Assembly: GCF_009914755.1 (NCBI RefSeq)
Contig: NC_060933.1
DNA: 64,000 nucleotides
Direction: 5' to 3' (one strand)
Source: the human T2T-CHM13v2.0 reference genome, Homo sapiens
In this document: one piece after another, positions 11,601-25,599 of the stretch
Layout of the letters: every line of letters starts with the position of its first letter
Numbering within the stretch: the stretch's first letter is position 1
Program-made: the position numbers and the translations under genes
The notes under the pieces: generated by a model
Seen by the model: only the letters and a program-made list of their open reading frames with translations
The model's database searches: none
Told to the model about the DNA's origin: nothing

Positions 11601-14600
11601 TTTCCATTCCATTCCATTGCCTTGCATTCCACTCGGGTTGATTCCATTCCCTTCTTTCCACTCCATTACATTCCCTTCCATTCCACTCGGAATGATTGAT
11701 TCCATTCCATTCCATTCCATTTCATTCCATTGCAATCCATTCCAATGCATTCCATTCCATTCCATTCCACTCGAGTTGACTTCATTCCATTCCTTTCCAT
11801 TCCATTCCATTCCTTTCCACTCGAGTTGATTCCATTCCATTCCAATCCATTGCAATCCGTTCCATGCCATTCCACTCGGGTTGATTCCATTCCTTTGCAT
11901 TCCATTCCATTCCATTCCATTGCATTCCATTCCATTCCATCCCGTTGCATTCCATTCCATTACATTCGGATTGATTCTATTCAACTCCCTTACTCTCCAT
12001 TACATTCCATTCCATTCGGGTTGTTCCATTCCATTCCATTCCATTCCACTCCATTCCATTGCACTCGGGTTGATTCCAATCCATTCCATTCCATTCCATT
12101 CCATTCCGGATGACTCCATTCCATTGCATTCCGTTCCATTACATTCCCCTGCACTCGAGTTGATACCATTCCATTCCATTCCATTCCATTCCGGATGATT
12201 CCATTCCATTGCATTCCATTCCATTCCATTCCCCTGCACTCGGGTTGATTACATTCCATTTCTTTCCCTTCCATTCCTTTCCATTCCATTCCATTCCATT
12301 CTATTCGGGTGAATTCCATTCCATTCCATTCCATTCCATTCCATTCCATTGCAATCGAGTTGATTCCATTCCATTCCATTGCATTCCGTTCTAGATGATT
12401 CCATTCCATTCCATTCCATTCCATTCCATTCCCCTGCAGTCGGGTTGATTCCATTCCATTCCATTCCATTCCATTCCATTCCATTCCATTCCATTCCATT
12501 CCGTTCCGTTCCGTTCCGTTCCGTTCCATTCCGTTCCATTCCATTCCATTCCATACTATTCGGGTTAATTCCATTCCATTCCATTCCATTCCATTCCATT
12601 CCGGAAGATTCCATTCCATTGCATTCTATTCCATTCCATTCCCCTGCACTCGCGTTGATTCCATTCCATTCCATTCCATTCCATTCCGTTCCGTTCCATT
12701 CCATTCCATTCCATTCCATTCCGTTCCGTTCCATTCCATTCCATTCCATTCTATTCGGGTTAATTCCATTCCATTGCATTCGATTGCAATCGTGTTGATT
12801 CCATTCTATTCCATTCCATTCCATTCCATTCCATTCCTTTCCATTCCATTACGGATGATTCCATTCTATTGCATTCCATTCCATTCCATTCCCCTGTACT
12901 CCGGTTGATTCCATTCCATTGCATTCCAATCCATACCCTTCCACTCGTGTTGATTTCATTCTTTCCATTCCATTCAAGTTGAATCCATTCCATTGCATTC
13001 CATTCCATTCGATTCCATTCGATTGCACTCGGGTTGATTCCATTCCATTGCATTCCATTCCATTCCATTCCATTCCATTCCATTCCGTTCCATTCCATTC
13101 CATTACATTCGGATTGATTCTATTCAATTACCTTACAATCCATTACATTCCATTCCATTCGGGTAGTTTCCATTCCATTCCATTCCATTCCTCTCCATTC
13201 CATTGCACTCCGGTTGATTCCATTCCATTGCATTCCATTCCATTCCATTCAATTCCATTCCGTTCCATTCCATTCCATTACATTCGGATTGATTCTATTC
13301 AACTCCCTTACTCTCCATTACATTCCATTCCGTTCGGGTTGCTCCATTCCATTCCATTCCATTCCACTCCATTCCATTGCACTCGGGTTTATTCCATTCC
13401 ATTCCATTCCATTCCATTCCATTCCATTCCATTCCATTCCGGAAGATTCCATTCCATTGCATTCCATTCCATTCCATTCCCCTGCACTCGCGTTGATTCC
13501 ATTCCATTCCATTCCATTCCATTCCATTCCATTCCATTCCATTCCATTCCTTTCCGTTCCATTCCATTCCATTCCATTCCATTCCATTCCGTTCCGTTCC
13601 GTTCCGTTCCATTCCATTCCATTCCATTCCATTCTATTCGGGTTAATTCCTTTCCATTCCATTCGATTGCAATCGAGTTGATTCCATTCCATTCCATTCC
13701 ATTCCATTCCTTTCCATTCCATTCCATTCCATTCCTTTCCATTCCATTACAGATGATTCCATTCCATTGCATTCCATTCCATTCCATTCCCCTGTACTCG
13801 GGTTGATTCCATTCCATTCCATTCCAATCCATGCCATTCCACTCGTGTTGATTCCATTCTTTCCATTCCATTCAAGTTGAATCCATTCCATTGCATTCCA
13901 TTCCATTCCATTCCCCTGCAGTCGGGTTGATTCCATTCCATTCCATTCCATTCCATTCCATTCCGTTCCGTTCCGTTCCGTTCCGTTCCGTTCCATTCCA
14001 TTCCATTCCATTCTATTCGGGTTAATTCCATTCCATTCCATTCCATTCCATTCCATTCCAATCGAGTTGATTCCATTCCATTCCATTCCATTCCATTCCA
14101 TTCCACTCCATTCCAGTCCTTTCCATTCCATTACACTCGGGTTGATTCCAATGTATTCCTTTCCATTCCATTCCATTCCATTGCAATCAAGTTGATTCCA
14201 TTGCTTTGCATTCCATTCCATACCACTCCATTCCGGATGATTCCATTCCATTGCATTCCATTCCATTCCATTCCCCTGCACTCGGGTTGATTCCATTCCA
14301 TTCCACTCCATTCCGTTCCATTCCATTCCATTCCATTGTATTTGGGTTAATTCCAGTCCATTCCATTCCATTGCATTCCATTCCATTCCATTCCATTCCA
14401 TTCCATTACAATCAAGTTGATTCCATTCCATTCCATTCCATTCCATTCCAGTCCTTTCCATTCCATTCCACTCAGGTTGATTCCATTCTATTAGTTTCCA
14501 TTCCATTCCATTCCCTTCCATTCCACTCTGGTTGATTCCATTCCTTTCCATTCCAGTCGAATACGTTCCCTCCTATTCCACTCGGAACGATTCCATTCCA

Positions 14601-16070
14601 TTCCATTCCATTCCATTCCATTCCATTCCATTCCAGTTCTTTCCATTCCGTTCTATTCCGTACCATTCCATTCCATTCCATTCCTTTCCATTCCATTCCT
14701 TTCCACTCGTGTTGATTCCATTCCTTTCCATTCCATTCGGTTTGAAGGCATTCCATTCCACTCAATTTCATTCCATTCCATTCCATTCCATTCCATTCCA
14801 TTCTATTCCATTCCATTGCAATCGAGTTGAATCCATTGCCTTTCATTCCATTCCATTCCATTCCATTCCGGAAGATTCCATTCCATTGCATTCCATTCCA
14901 TTCCATTCCCCTGCACTCGCGTTGATTCCATTCCATTCCATTCCATTCCATTCCGTTCCGTTCCATTCCATTCCATTCCATTCCATTCCATTCCGTTCCG
15001 TTCCATTCCATTGCATTCCATTCTATTCTGGTTAATTCCATTCCATTCCATTCGATTGCCATCGAGTTGATTCCATTCCATTCCATTCCATTCCATTCCA
15101 TTCCATTCCATTCCATTCCTTTCCATTCCATTACGGATGACTCCATTCCATTGCATTCCATTCCATTCCATTCCCCTGTACTCGTGTTGATTCCATTCCA
15201 TTCCATTCCACTCCATTCGGTTCCGTTGCATTCCATTCTATTGCATTCCATCTATTCGGGTTAATTCCATTCCATTCTATTCCATTCCATTCCATTCCAT
15301 TCCATTGCAATGGAGTTGATTCCATTCCATTCCATTCCATTCCGGATGATTCCATTGCATTGCATTCCATTCCATTCCATTCCCCTGCACTCGTTTTGAT
15401 TCCATTCCCTTCCATTCCATTCCATTCCGTCCCATTCCATTCCATTCCATTCTATTCCGGTTAATTCCATTCCATTCCATTCCATTCCATTCCATTCCAT
15501 TCCATTGCAATCGAGTTGATTCCATTCCATTCCTTTCCATTCCATTCCATTGCCTTGCATTCCACTCGGGTTGATTCCATTCCCTTCTTTCCACTCCATT
15601 ACATTCCCTTCCATGATTGATTCCATTCCATTGCATTCCATTGCAATCCATTCCAATCCATTCCATTCCATTCTATTCCACTCGAGTTGACATTATTCCA
15701 TTCCTTTCCATTCCATTCCATTCCTTTCCACTCGAGTTGATTCCATTCCATTCCAATCCATTGCATTCCATTCCATGCCATTCCACTCGGGTTGATTCCA
15801 TTCCTTTGCATTCCATTCCATTCCATTCCATTCCATTCCATTTCATTCCATTCCGTTGCATTCCATTCCATTACATTCGCATTGATTCTATTCAAATCCC
15901 TTACTCTCCATTACATTCCATTCCATTCGGGTTGTTCCATTCCATTCCATTCCATTCCACTCCATTCCATTGCACTCGGGTTGATTCCATTTCATTCCAT
16001 TCCATTCCATTCCGTTCCATTCCGGATGATTCCATTCCATTGCATTCCGTTCCATTACATTCCCCTGCAC
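8700..16070 (+). repeat. Older diverged tandem duplication, ~3.9-kb period (8700-12150 vs 12590-16070)
   Basis: ORF offsets 9036/12919 (+3883), 9417/13295 (+3878), 10880/14803 (+3923) and 11349/15277 (+3928). Shared private variants: TTCTATTGCA, TTGCTCC (9461/13339), GGTTTGAAGGC and the 1-bp-deleted CATCTATTCGG (11321/15249). Confidence 0.85.
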
Positions 16071-19000
16071 TCGCGTTGATTCCATTCCATTCCATTCCTT
16101 TCCATTCAATTCCATTCCATTACAATTCGTTCCATTCCATTCTACTCCGTACCATTCCATTCCATTCCATACCATTCCATTCCATTCCATTCCATTCCAT
16201 TCCATTCCATTCCATTACGGATGATTGCATTCCATTGCATTCCATTCCATTCCATTCAATTCCATTCCGTTCCATTCCATTCCATTACATTCGGATTGAT
16301 TCTATTCAACTCCCTTACTCTCCATTACATTCGATTCCATTCGGGTTGTTCCATTCCATTCCATTCCATTCCACTCCATTCCATTGCACTCGGGTTGATT
16401 CCATTCCATTCCATTGCATTCCGGAAGATTCCATTCCATTACATTCCATTACATTCCATTCCCCTGCACTCGCGTTGATTCCATTCCATTCCATTCCATT
16501 CCATTCAATTCCATTCCTTTCCGTTCCATTCCATTCCATTCCATTCCGTTCCGTTCCGTTCCGTTCCGTTCCATTCCATTCCATTCCATTCCATTCTATT
16601 CGGGTTAATTCCATTCCATTCCATTCGATTGCAATCGAGTTGATTCCATTCCATTCCATTCCATTCCATTCCATTCCATTCCATTCCTTTCCATTCCATT
16701 ACGGATGATTCCATTCCATTGCATTCCATTCCATTCCATTCCCCTGTACTCGGGTTGATTCCATTCCATTCCATTCCAATCCATGCCATTCCACTCGTGT
16801 TGATTCCATTCTTTCCATTCCATTCAAGTTGAATCCATTCCATTGCATTCCATTCCATTCGATTCCATTCGATTGCACTCGGATTGATTCCATTCCATTG
16901 CACTCCATTCCATTCGATTTCATTCCATTCCATTCCTTTCCATTCCATTCCATTCCATTCCATTCCATTGCAATCGAGTTGATTACATTCCATTCCTTTC
17001 AATTCCATTCCATTGCCTTGCATTCCACTCTGGTTGATTCCATTCCCTTATTTCCACTCCATTACATTCCCTTCCATTCCACTCGGAATGATTGATTCCA
17101 TTCGATTCCATTCCATTTTATTCCATTGCAATCCATTCCAATCCATTCCATTCCATTCCATTCCACTCGAGTTGATTTCATTCCATTCCTTTCCATTCCA
17201 TTCCATTCTTTTCCACTCGAGTTGATTCCATTCCATTCCATTCCATTGCATTCCATTCCATGCCATTCCACTCGGGTTGATTCCATTCCATTCCATTCCA
17301 TTCCATTCCATTCCATTCCATTGCATTCCATTCCATTCCTTTCCCCTGCACTCGGGTTGATTCCATTCCATTCCATTCCCTTTAATTCCATTCCATTCCA
17401 TTCCATTCCATTCCAATCCGTTCCATTCCATTCCATTCTATTCCATTGCAATCGACTTGATTCCATTCCATTCCATTCCATTCCATTCCATTCCATTCCA
17501 TTTTGTTCCAATCCATTCTATTCCGAACCATTCCATTGCATTCCATTCCATTCCATTCCATTCCATTCCATTCCATGCCATTCCACTCGGGTTGATTCCA
17601 TTCCTTTCCATTCCATTCGGGTAGAATCCAATCCACTCCATTCCATTCCTTTCGAATCCATTCCATTGCACTCGGGTTGATTCCATTCCATTCCATTCCA
17701 TTCGATTCCATTCCATTCCATTCCATTCCGTTCGATTCCATTTCATTACATTCAGATTGATTCTATTCAATTCCCTTGCACTCCATTATATTCCAATCCA
17801 TTCTGGTTGTTTCCATTCCATTCCATTCCATTTCACTCCATTCCATTGCACTCGGTTTGATTCCCTTCCATTCCATTCCATTCCATTCCGGATGATTCCA
17901 TTCCATTGCATTCCATTCCATTCCATTCCCGTGCACTCAGGTTGATTCCATTCCATTCCATTCCACTTCATTCGGTTCCGTTACATTCCATTCTATTGCA
18001 TTCCATTCTATTCGGGTTAATTCCATTCCATTCTGTTCCATTCCATTCCATTCCATTCCATTGCAATGGAGTTGATTCCATTCCATTCCATTCCATTCCG
18101 GATGATTCCATTCCATTGCATTCCATTCCATTCCATTCCCCTGCTCTCGTGTTGATTCCATTACCTTCCATTCCATTCCATTCCGTTCCATTCCATTGCA
18201 TTCCATTCTATTCCTGTTAATTCCATTCCATTCCATTCCATTCCATTCCATTCCATTCCATTGCAATCGAGTTGTTTCCATTCCATTCCTTTCCATTCCA
18301 TTCCATTGCCTTGCATTCCAATCGGGTTGATTCCATTCCCTTCTTTCCACTCCATTACATTCCCTTTCATTCCACTCGGAATGATTGATCCCATTCCATT
18401 CCATTCGATTTCATTCCGTTGCAATCCATTCCAATCTATTCCATTCCATTCCATTCCACTCGAGTTGATTTCATTCCATTCCTTTCCATTCCATTCCATT
18501 CCTTTCCACTCGAGTTGATTCCATTCCATTCCATTCCATTGCATTCCATTCCATGCCATTCCACTCGGGTTGATTCCATTCCTTTGCATTCCATTCCATT
18601 CCATTCCATTCCATTCCATTCCATTCCATTCCGTTGCATTCCATTCCATTACATTCGGATTGATTCTATTCAACTCCCTTACTCTCCATTACATTCCATT
18701 CCATTCGGGTTATTCCATTCCATTCCATTCCATTCCACTCCATTCCATTGCACTCGGGTTGATTCCATTCCATTCCATTCCATTCCATTCCATTCCATTC
18801 CGGATGATTCCATTCCATTGCATTCCGTTCCATTACATTCCCCCGCACTCGCGTTGATTCCATTCCATTCCATTCCATTCCGTTCAATTCCATTCCATTA
18901 CAATTCGTTCCATTCCATTCTATTCCGTACCATTCCATTCCATTCCATACCATTCCATTCCATTCCATTCCATTCCATTCCATTCCATTCCGTTCCATTC

Positions 19001-19929
19001 CGTTCCATTCCATTCCATTCCATTCTATTCGGGTTAATTCCATTCCATTCCATTCTATTCCATTCCATTGCAATCGAGTTGAATCCATTGCATTTCATTC
19101 CATTCCATTCCATTGCATTCCATTCCGGAAGATTCCATTCCATTGCATTCCATTCCATTCCATCTCCCTGCACTCGCGTTGATTCCATTCCATTCCATTC
19201 CATTCCATTCCATTCCATTCCGTTCCGTTCCGTTTCGTTCCGTTCCGTTCCATTCCATTCCATTCCATTCCATTCCGTTCCGTTCCATTCCATTCCATTC
19301 CATTCTATTCGGGTTAATTCCATTCCATTCCATTCGATTGCAATCGTGTTGATTCCATTCCATTCCATTCCATTCCATTCCATTCCATTCCATTCCATTC
19401 CTTTCCATTCCATTACGGATGATTCCATTCCATTGCATTCCATTCCATTCCATTACCCTGTACTCGGGTTGATTCCATTCCATTGCATTCCAATCCATGC
19501 CCTTCCACTCGTGTTGATTCCATTCTTTCCATTCCATTCAAGTTGAATCCATTCCATTGCATTCCATTCCATTCGATTCCATTCGATTGCACACTGGTTG
19601 ATTCCATTCCATTGCTTTCCATTCCATTCCATTCCATTCCATTCCATTCCGTTCCTTTCCATTCTATTACATTCGGATTGATTCTATTCAATTCCCTTAC
19701 ACTCCATTACATTCCATTCCATTCGGGTAGTTTCCATTCCATTCCATTCCATTCCTCTCCATTCCATTGCACTCGGGTTGATTCCATTCCATTGCATTCC
19801 GTTCCATTCCATTCCATTCAATTCCATTCCGTTCCATTCCATTCCATTACATTCGGATTGATTCTATTCAACTCCCTTAGTCTCCATTACATTCCATTCC
19901 ATTCGGGTTGTTCCATTCCATTCCATTCC

Positions 19930-21820
19930 ATTCCACTCCATTCCATTGCACTCGGGTTTATTCCATTCCATTCCATTCCATTCCATTCAATTCCATTCCA
20001 TTCTGGAAGATTCCATTCCATTGCATTCCATTCCATTCCATTCCCCTGCACTCGCGTTGATTCCATTCCATTCTATTCCATTCCATTCCATTCCATTCCT
20101 TTCCGTTCCATTCCATTCCATTCCATTCCACTGCATTCCGTTCCGTTCCGTTCCATTCCATTCTATTCCATTCTATTCGGGTTAATTCCATTCCATTCCA
20201 TTCGATTGCAATCGAGTTGATTCCATTCCATTCCATTCCATTCCATTCCATTCCATTCCATTCCATTCCATTCCATTCCTTTCCATTCCATTACGGATGA
20301 TTCCATTCCATTGCATTCCATTCCATTCCATTCCCCTGTACTCGGGTTGATTCCATTCCATTCCATTCCAATCCATGCCATTCCACTCGTGTTGATTCCA
20401 TTCTTTCCATTCCATTCAAGTTGCATCCATTCCATTGCATTCCATTCCATTCCATTCCCCTGCAGTCAGGTTGATTCCATTCCATTCCATTCCATTCCAT
20501 TCCATTCCATTCCATTCCAATCAATTCCATTCCATTCCATTCCATTCCATTCCATTCCATTCCATTCCACTCCATTCCAGTCCTTTCCATTCCATTCCAC
20601 TCGGGTTGATTCCAATGTATTCCTTTCCATTCCTTTCCATTCCATTGCAATCGAGTTGATTCCATTGTTTTGCATTCCATTCCATTCGATTCCGGATGAT
20701 TCCATTCCATTGCATTGCATTGCATTCCATTCCCCTGCACTCGGGTTTATTCCATTCCATTCCACTCCATTCCGTTCCATTCCGTTCCATTGCATTCCAT
20801 TCCATTGTATTCGGGTTAATTCCATTCCATTCCATTCCATTCCACTCCATTCCATTGCACTCGGGTTGATTCCATTCCATTCCATTCCATTCCATTCAAT
20901 TCCATTCCATTCTGGAAGATTCCATTCCATTGCATTCCATTCCATTCCATTCCCCTGCACTCGCGTTGATTCCATTCCATTCCATTCCATTCCATTCCAT
21001 TCCATTCCATTCCTTTCCGTTCCATTCCATTCCATTCCATTCCATTCCATTCCATTCCATTCCGTTCCGTTCCGTTCCATTCCATTCTATTCCATTCTAT
21101 TCGGGTTAATTCCATTCCATTCCATTCGATTGCAATCGAGTTGATTCCATTCCATTCCATTCCATTCCATTCCATTCCATTCCATTCCATTCCTTTCCAT
21201 TCCATTACGGATGATTCCATTCCATTGCACTCCATTCCATTCCATTCCCCTGTACTCGGGTTGATTCCATTCCATTCCATTCCAATCCATGCCATTCCAC
21301 TCGTGTTGATTCCATTCTTTCCATTCCATTCAAGTTGAATCCATTCCATTGCATTCCATTCCATTCCATTCCCTTGCAGTCAGGTTGATTCCATTCCATT
21401 CCATTCCATTCCATTCCATTCCATTCCATTCCGTTCCGTTCCATTCCATTCCATTCCTTTCTATTCGGGTTAATTCCATTCCATTCCATTCCATTCCATT
21501 CCATTCCATTCCAATCAATTTGATTCCATTCCATTCCATTCCATTCCATTCCATTCCATTCCACTCCATTCCAGTCCTTTCCATTCCATTCCACTCGGGT
21601 TGATTCCAATGTATTCCTTTCCATTCCTTTCCATTCCATTGCAGTCGAGTTGATTCCATTGCTTTGCATTCCATTCCATTCCATTCCGGATGATTCCATT
21701 CCATTGCATTGCATTCCATTCCATTCCCCTGCACTCGGGTTGATTCCATTCCATTCCACTCCATTCCGTTCCATTCCATTCCATTCCATTGTATTCGGGT
21801 TATTTCCATTCCATTCCATT
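19930..21820 (+). repeat. Local tandem duplication with ~0.9-1.0-kb unit (19930-20830 / 20835-21820)
   Basis: Paired private variants TTCTGGAAGA (20001/20910), GCAGTCAGG (20462/21376), CCAATCAATT (20517/21511) and TGCATTGCAT. ORF ends are offset by +914. Confidence 0.85.
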
Positions 21821-23959
21821 CCATTCCATTCTATTCCATTCCATTACAATCGAGTTGATTCCATTCCATTCCATTCCATTCCATTCCAGTCCTTTCCATT
21901 CCATTCCACTCGGGTTGATTCCATTCTATTAGTTACCATTCCATTCCATTCCCTTCCATTCCACTCTGGTTGCTTCCATTCCTTTCCATTCCACTCGAAT
22001 ACAATCCCTCCTATTCCACTCGGAACGATTCCATTCCATTCCATTCCATTCCATTCCATTCCATTCCATTCCATTTCGTTCCATTCCATTCCATTCCGTA
22101 TCATTCCATTCCATTCCATTCCATTCCATTCCATTCCATTCCATTGTACTCGGGTTGATTCCATTCCATTGCATTCCATTCCATTCCATTCCATTCCATT
22201 CCATTCCGTTGCATTCCATTCCATTACATTCGGATTGATTCTATTCAACTCCCTTACTCTCCATTACATTCCATTCCATTCGGGTTGTTCCATTCTATTC
22301 CATTCCATTCCACTCCATTCCATTGCACTCGGGTTGATTCCATTCCATTCCATTCCGGATGATTCCATTCCATTGCATTCCGTTCCATTTCATTCCCCTG
22401 CACTCGCGTTGATTCCATTCCATTCCATTCCATTACATTACATTCCATTCCATTACAATTCGCTCCATTCCATTCTATTCCGTACCATTCCATTCCATTC
22501 CATACCATTCCATTCCATTCCATTCCGTTCCATTCCGTTCCATTCCATTCCATTCCATTCTATTCGGATTAATTCCATTCCATTCCATTCCATTCCATTC
22601 TATTCCATTCCATTGCAATCGAGTTGAATCCATTGCATTTCATTCCATTCCATTCCATTCCATTCCGGAAGATTCCATTCCATTGCATTCCGTTCCATTA
22701 CATTCCCCTGCACTCGCGTTGATTCCATTCCATTCCATTCCATTCCATTCCATTCAATTCCATTCCGTTCCGTTCCATTCCATTCCATTCCATTCCATTC
22801 CATTCCGTTCCGTTCCGTTCCGTTCCATTCCATTCCATTCCATTCTATTCGGGTTAATTCCATTCCATTCCATTCGATTGCAATCGAGTTGATTCAATTC
22901 CATTCCATTCCATTCCATTCCATTCCGTTCCATTCCATTCCTTTCCATTCCATTACGGATGATTCCATTCCATTGCATTCCATTCCATTCCATTCCCCTG
23001 TACTCGGGTTGATTCCATTCCATTCCATTCCAATCCATGCCATTCCACTCGTGTTGATTCCATTCTTTCCATTCCATTCAAGTTGAATCCATTCCGTTGC
23101 ATTCCATTCCATTCGATTCCATTCGATTGCACTCGGGTTGATTCCATTCCATTGCATTCCATTCCATTCCATTCCATTCCATTCCATTCCATTCCATTCT
23201 TTTCCATTCCATTTCATTACATTCAGATTGATTCTATTCAATTCCCTTACACTCCATTATATTCCAATCCATTCTGGTTGTTTCCATTCCATTCCATTCC
23301 ATTTCACTCCATTCCATTTCACTCGGGTTGATTCCATTCTATTCCATTCCATTGCATTCCATTCCATTCCATTCTGGATGATTCCATTCCATTGCATTCC
23401 TTTCCATTCCATTCCCCTGCACTCGGGTTGATTCCATTCCATTCCTTTCCATTACATTCCGTTCCATTCCATTCCATTCCATTCGGATTGATTCTATTCA
23501 ATTCCCTTACACTCCATTACATTCCATTCCATTTGGGTAGTTTCCTTTCCATTCCATTCCATTCCTCTCCATTCCATTGCACTCGGGTTGATTCCATTGC
23601 ATTCCATTCCATTCCATTACATTGCATTACATTACATTCCGTTCCATTGTACTCGGGTTGATTCCATTCCATTGCATTCCATTCCATTCCATTCCATTCC
23701 ATTCCATTCCATTCCATTCCATTCCGTTCCATTCCATTACATTCGGATTGATTCTATTCAACTCCCTAACTCTCCATTCCATTCCATTCCATTCCATTCA
23801 ATTCCATTCCGTTCCATTCCATTCCATTACATTCGGATTGATTCTATTCAACTCCCTTACTCTCCATTACATTCGATTCCATTCGGGTTGTTGCATTCCA
23901 TTCCATTCCATTCCACTCCATTCCATTGCACTCGGGTTGATTCCATTCCATTCCATTCC

Positions 23960-23974
23960 ATTCCGGAATATTCC
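23960..23974. promoter_or_regulatory. HSE variant aTTCcgGAAtaTTCc (copy at 59570-59584)
   Basis: Perfect nTTCnnGAAnnTTCn containing two overlapping palindromes, TTCCGGAA and GGAATATTCC. Function is inferred. Confidence 0.6.
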
Positions 23975-24189
23975 ATTCCATTACATTCCATTACATTCCA
24001 TTCCCCTGCACTCGTGTTGATTCCATTCCATTCCATTCCATTCCATTCCATTCAATTCCATTCCTTTCCGTTCCATTCCATTCCATTCCATTCCGTTCCG
24101 TTCCATTCCATTCCATTACATTCGGATTGATTCAATTCTATTCCCTTACACTCCATTACATTCCATTCCATTCGGGTAGTTTCCATTCC

Positions 24190-24690
24190 ATTCCATTCCA
24201 TTCCTCTCCTTTCCATTGCACTCGGGTTGATTCCATTCCATTGCATTCCATTCCATTCCATTCAATTCCATTCCGTTCCATTCCATTCCATTACATTCGG
24301 ATTGATTCTATTCAACTCCCTTACTCTCCATTCCATTCCATTCCATTCGGGTTGTTCCATTCCATTCCATTCCATTCCACTCCATTCCATTGCACTCGGG
24401 TTGATTCCATTCCATTCCATTCCATTCCATTCCATTCCATTCCATTCCGGAAGATTCCATTCCATTGCATTCCATTCCATTCCATTCCCCTGCACTCGCG
24501 TTGATTCCATTCTATTCCATTCTATTCCATTCCATTCCCTTCCTTTCCGTTCCATTCCATTCCATTCCTTTCCATTCCATTCCATTCCGTTCCGTTCCTT
24601 TCCATTCCATTACGGATGATTCCATTCCATTGCATTCCATTCCATTCCATTCCCCTGCACTCGGGTTGATTCCATTCCATTCCATTCCAT
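24190..24690 (+). repeat. ~0.5-kb segment duplicated at ~29395-29870 (offset ~5.19 kb)
   Basis: ORFs 24227/29423 and 24512/29703. Shared TTCCTCTCCTTTCC and CCCTTCCTTTCCGTT...CCGTTCCTTTCC words. Confidence 0.75.
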
Positions 24691-25599
24691 TACATTCCGT
24701 TCCATTCCATTCCATTCCATTCGGATTGATTCTATTCAATTCCCTTACACTCCATTACATTCCATTCCATTCGGGTAGTTTCCATTCCATTCCATTCCAT
24801 TCCTCTCCATTCCATTGCACTCGGGTTGATTCCATTCCATTCCATTCCATTCCATTCCATTACATTACATTACATTACCTTCCATTCCATTCCGTTCCAT
24901 TGTACTCGGGTTGATTCCATTCCATTGCATTCCTTTGCGTTCCATTCGATTACATTCGGATTGATTCTATTCAACTCCCTTACTCTCCATTACATTCCAT
25001 TCCATTCGGGTTGTTCCATTCCATTCCATTCCATTCCACTCCATTCCATTGCACTCGGGTTGATTCCATTCCATTCCATTCCATTCCATTCCATTCCATT
25101 CCATTCCTTTCCATTCCATTACGGATGATTCCATTCCATTGCATTCCATTCCATTCCATTCCTCTGTACTCGGGTTGATTCCATTCCATTCCATTCCAAT
25201 CCATGCCATTCCACTCGTGTTGATTCCATTCTTTCCATTCCATTCATGTTGAATCCATTCCGTTGCATTCCATTCCATTGGATTCCATTCGATTGCACTC
25301 GGGTTGGTTCCATTTCATTGCATTCCATTCCATTCCATTCCATTCCATTCCATTCCATTCCGTTCCATTCCATTCCATTACATTCGGATTGATTCTATTC
25401 AATTCCCTTACACTCCATTACATTCCATTCCGTTCGGGTAGTTTCCATTCCATTCCATTCCATTCGTCTCCATTCCATTGCACTTGGGTTGATTCCATTC
25501 CATTGCATTCCATTCCATTCCATTCCATTCTATTCCATTCCATTCCGTTCCTTCCGATCCATTCCATTCTATTCCATTCTATTCGGGTTAATTCCATTC

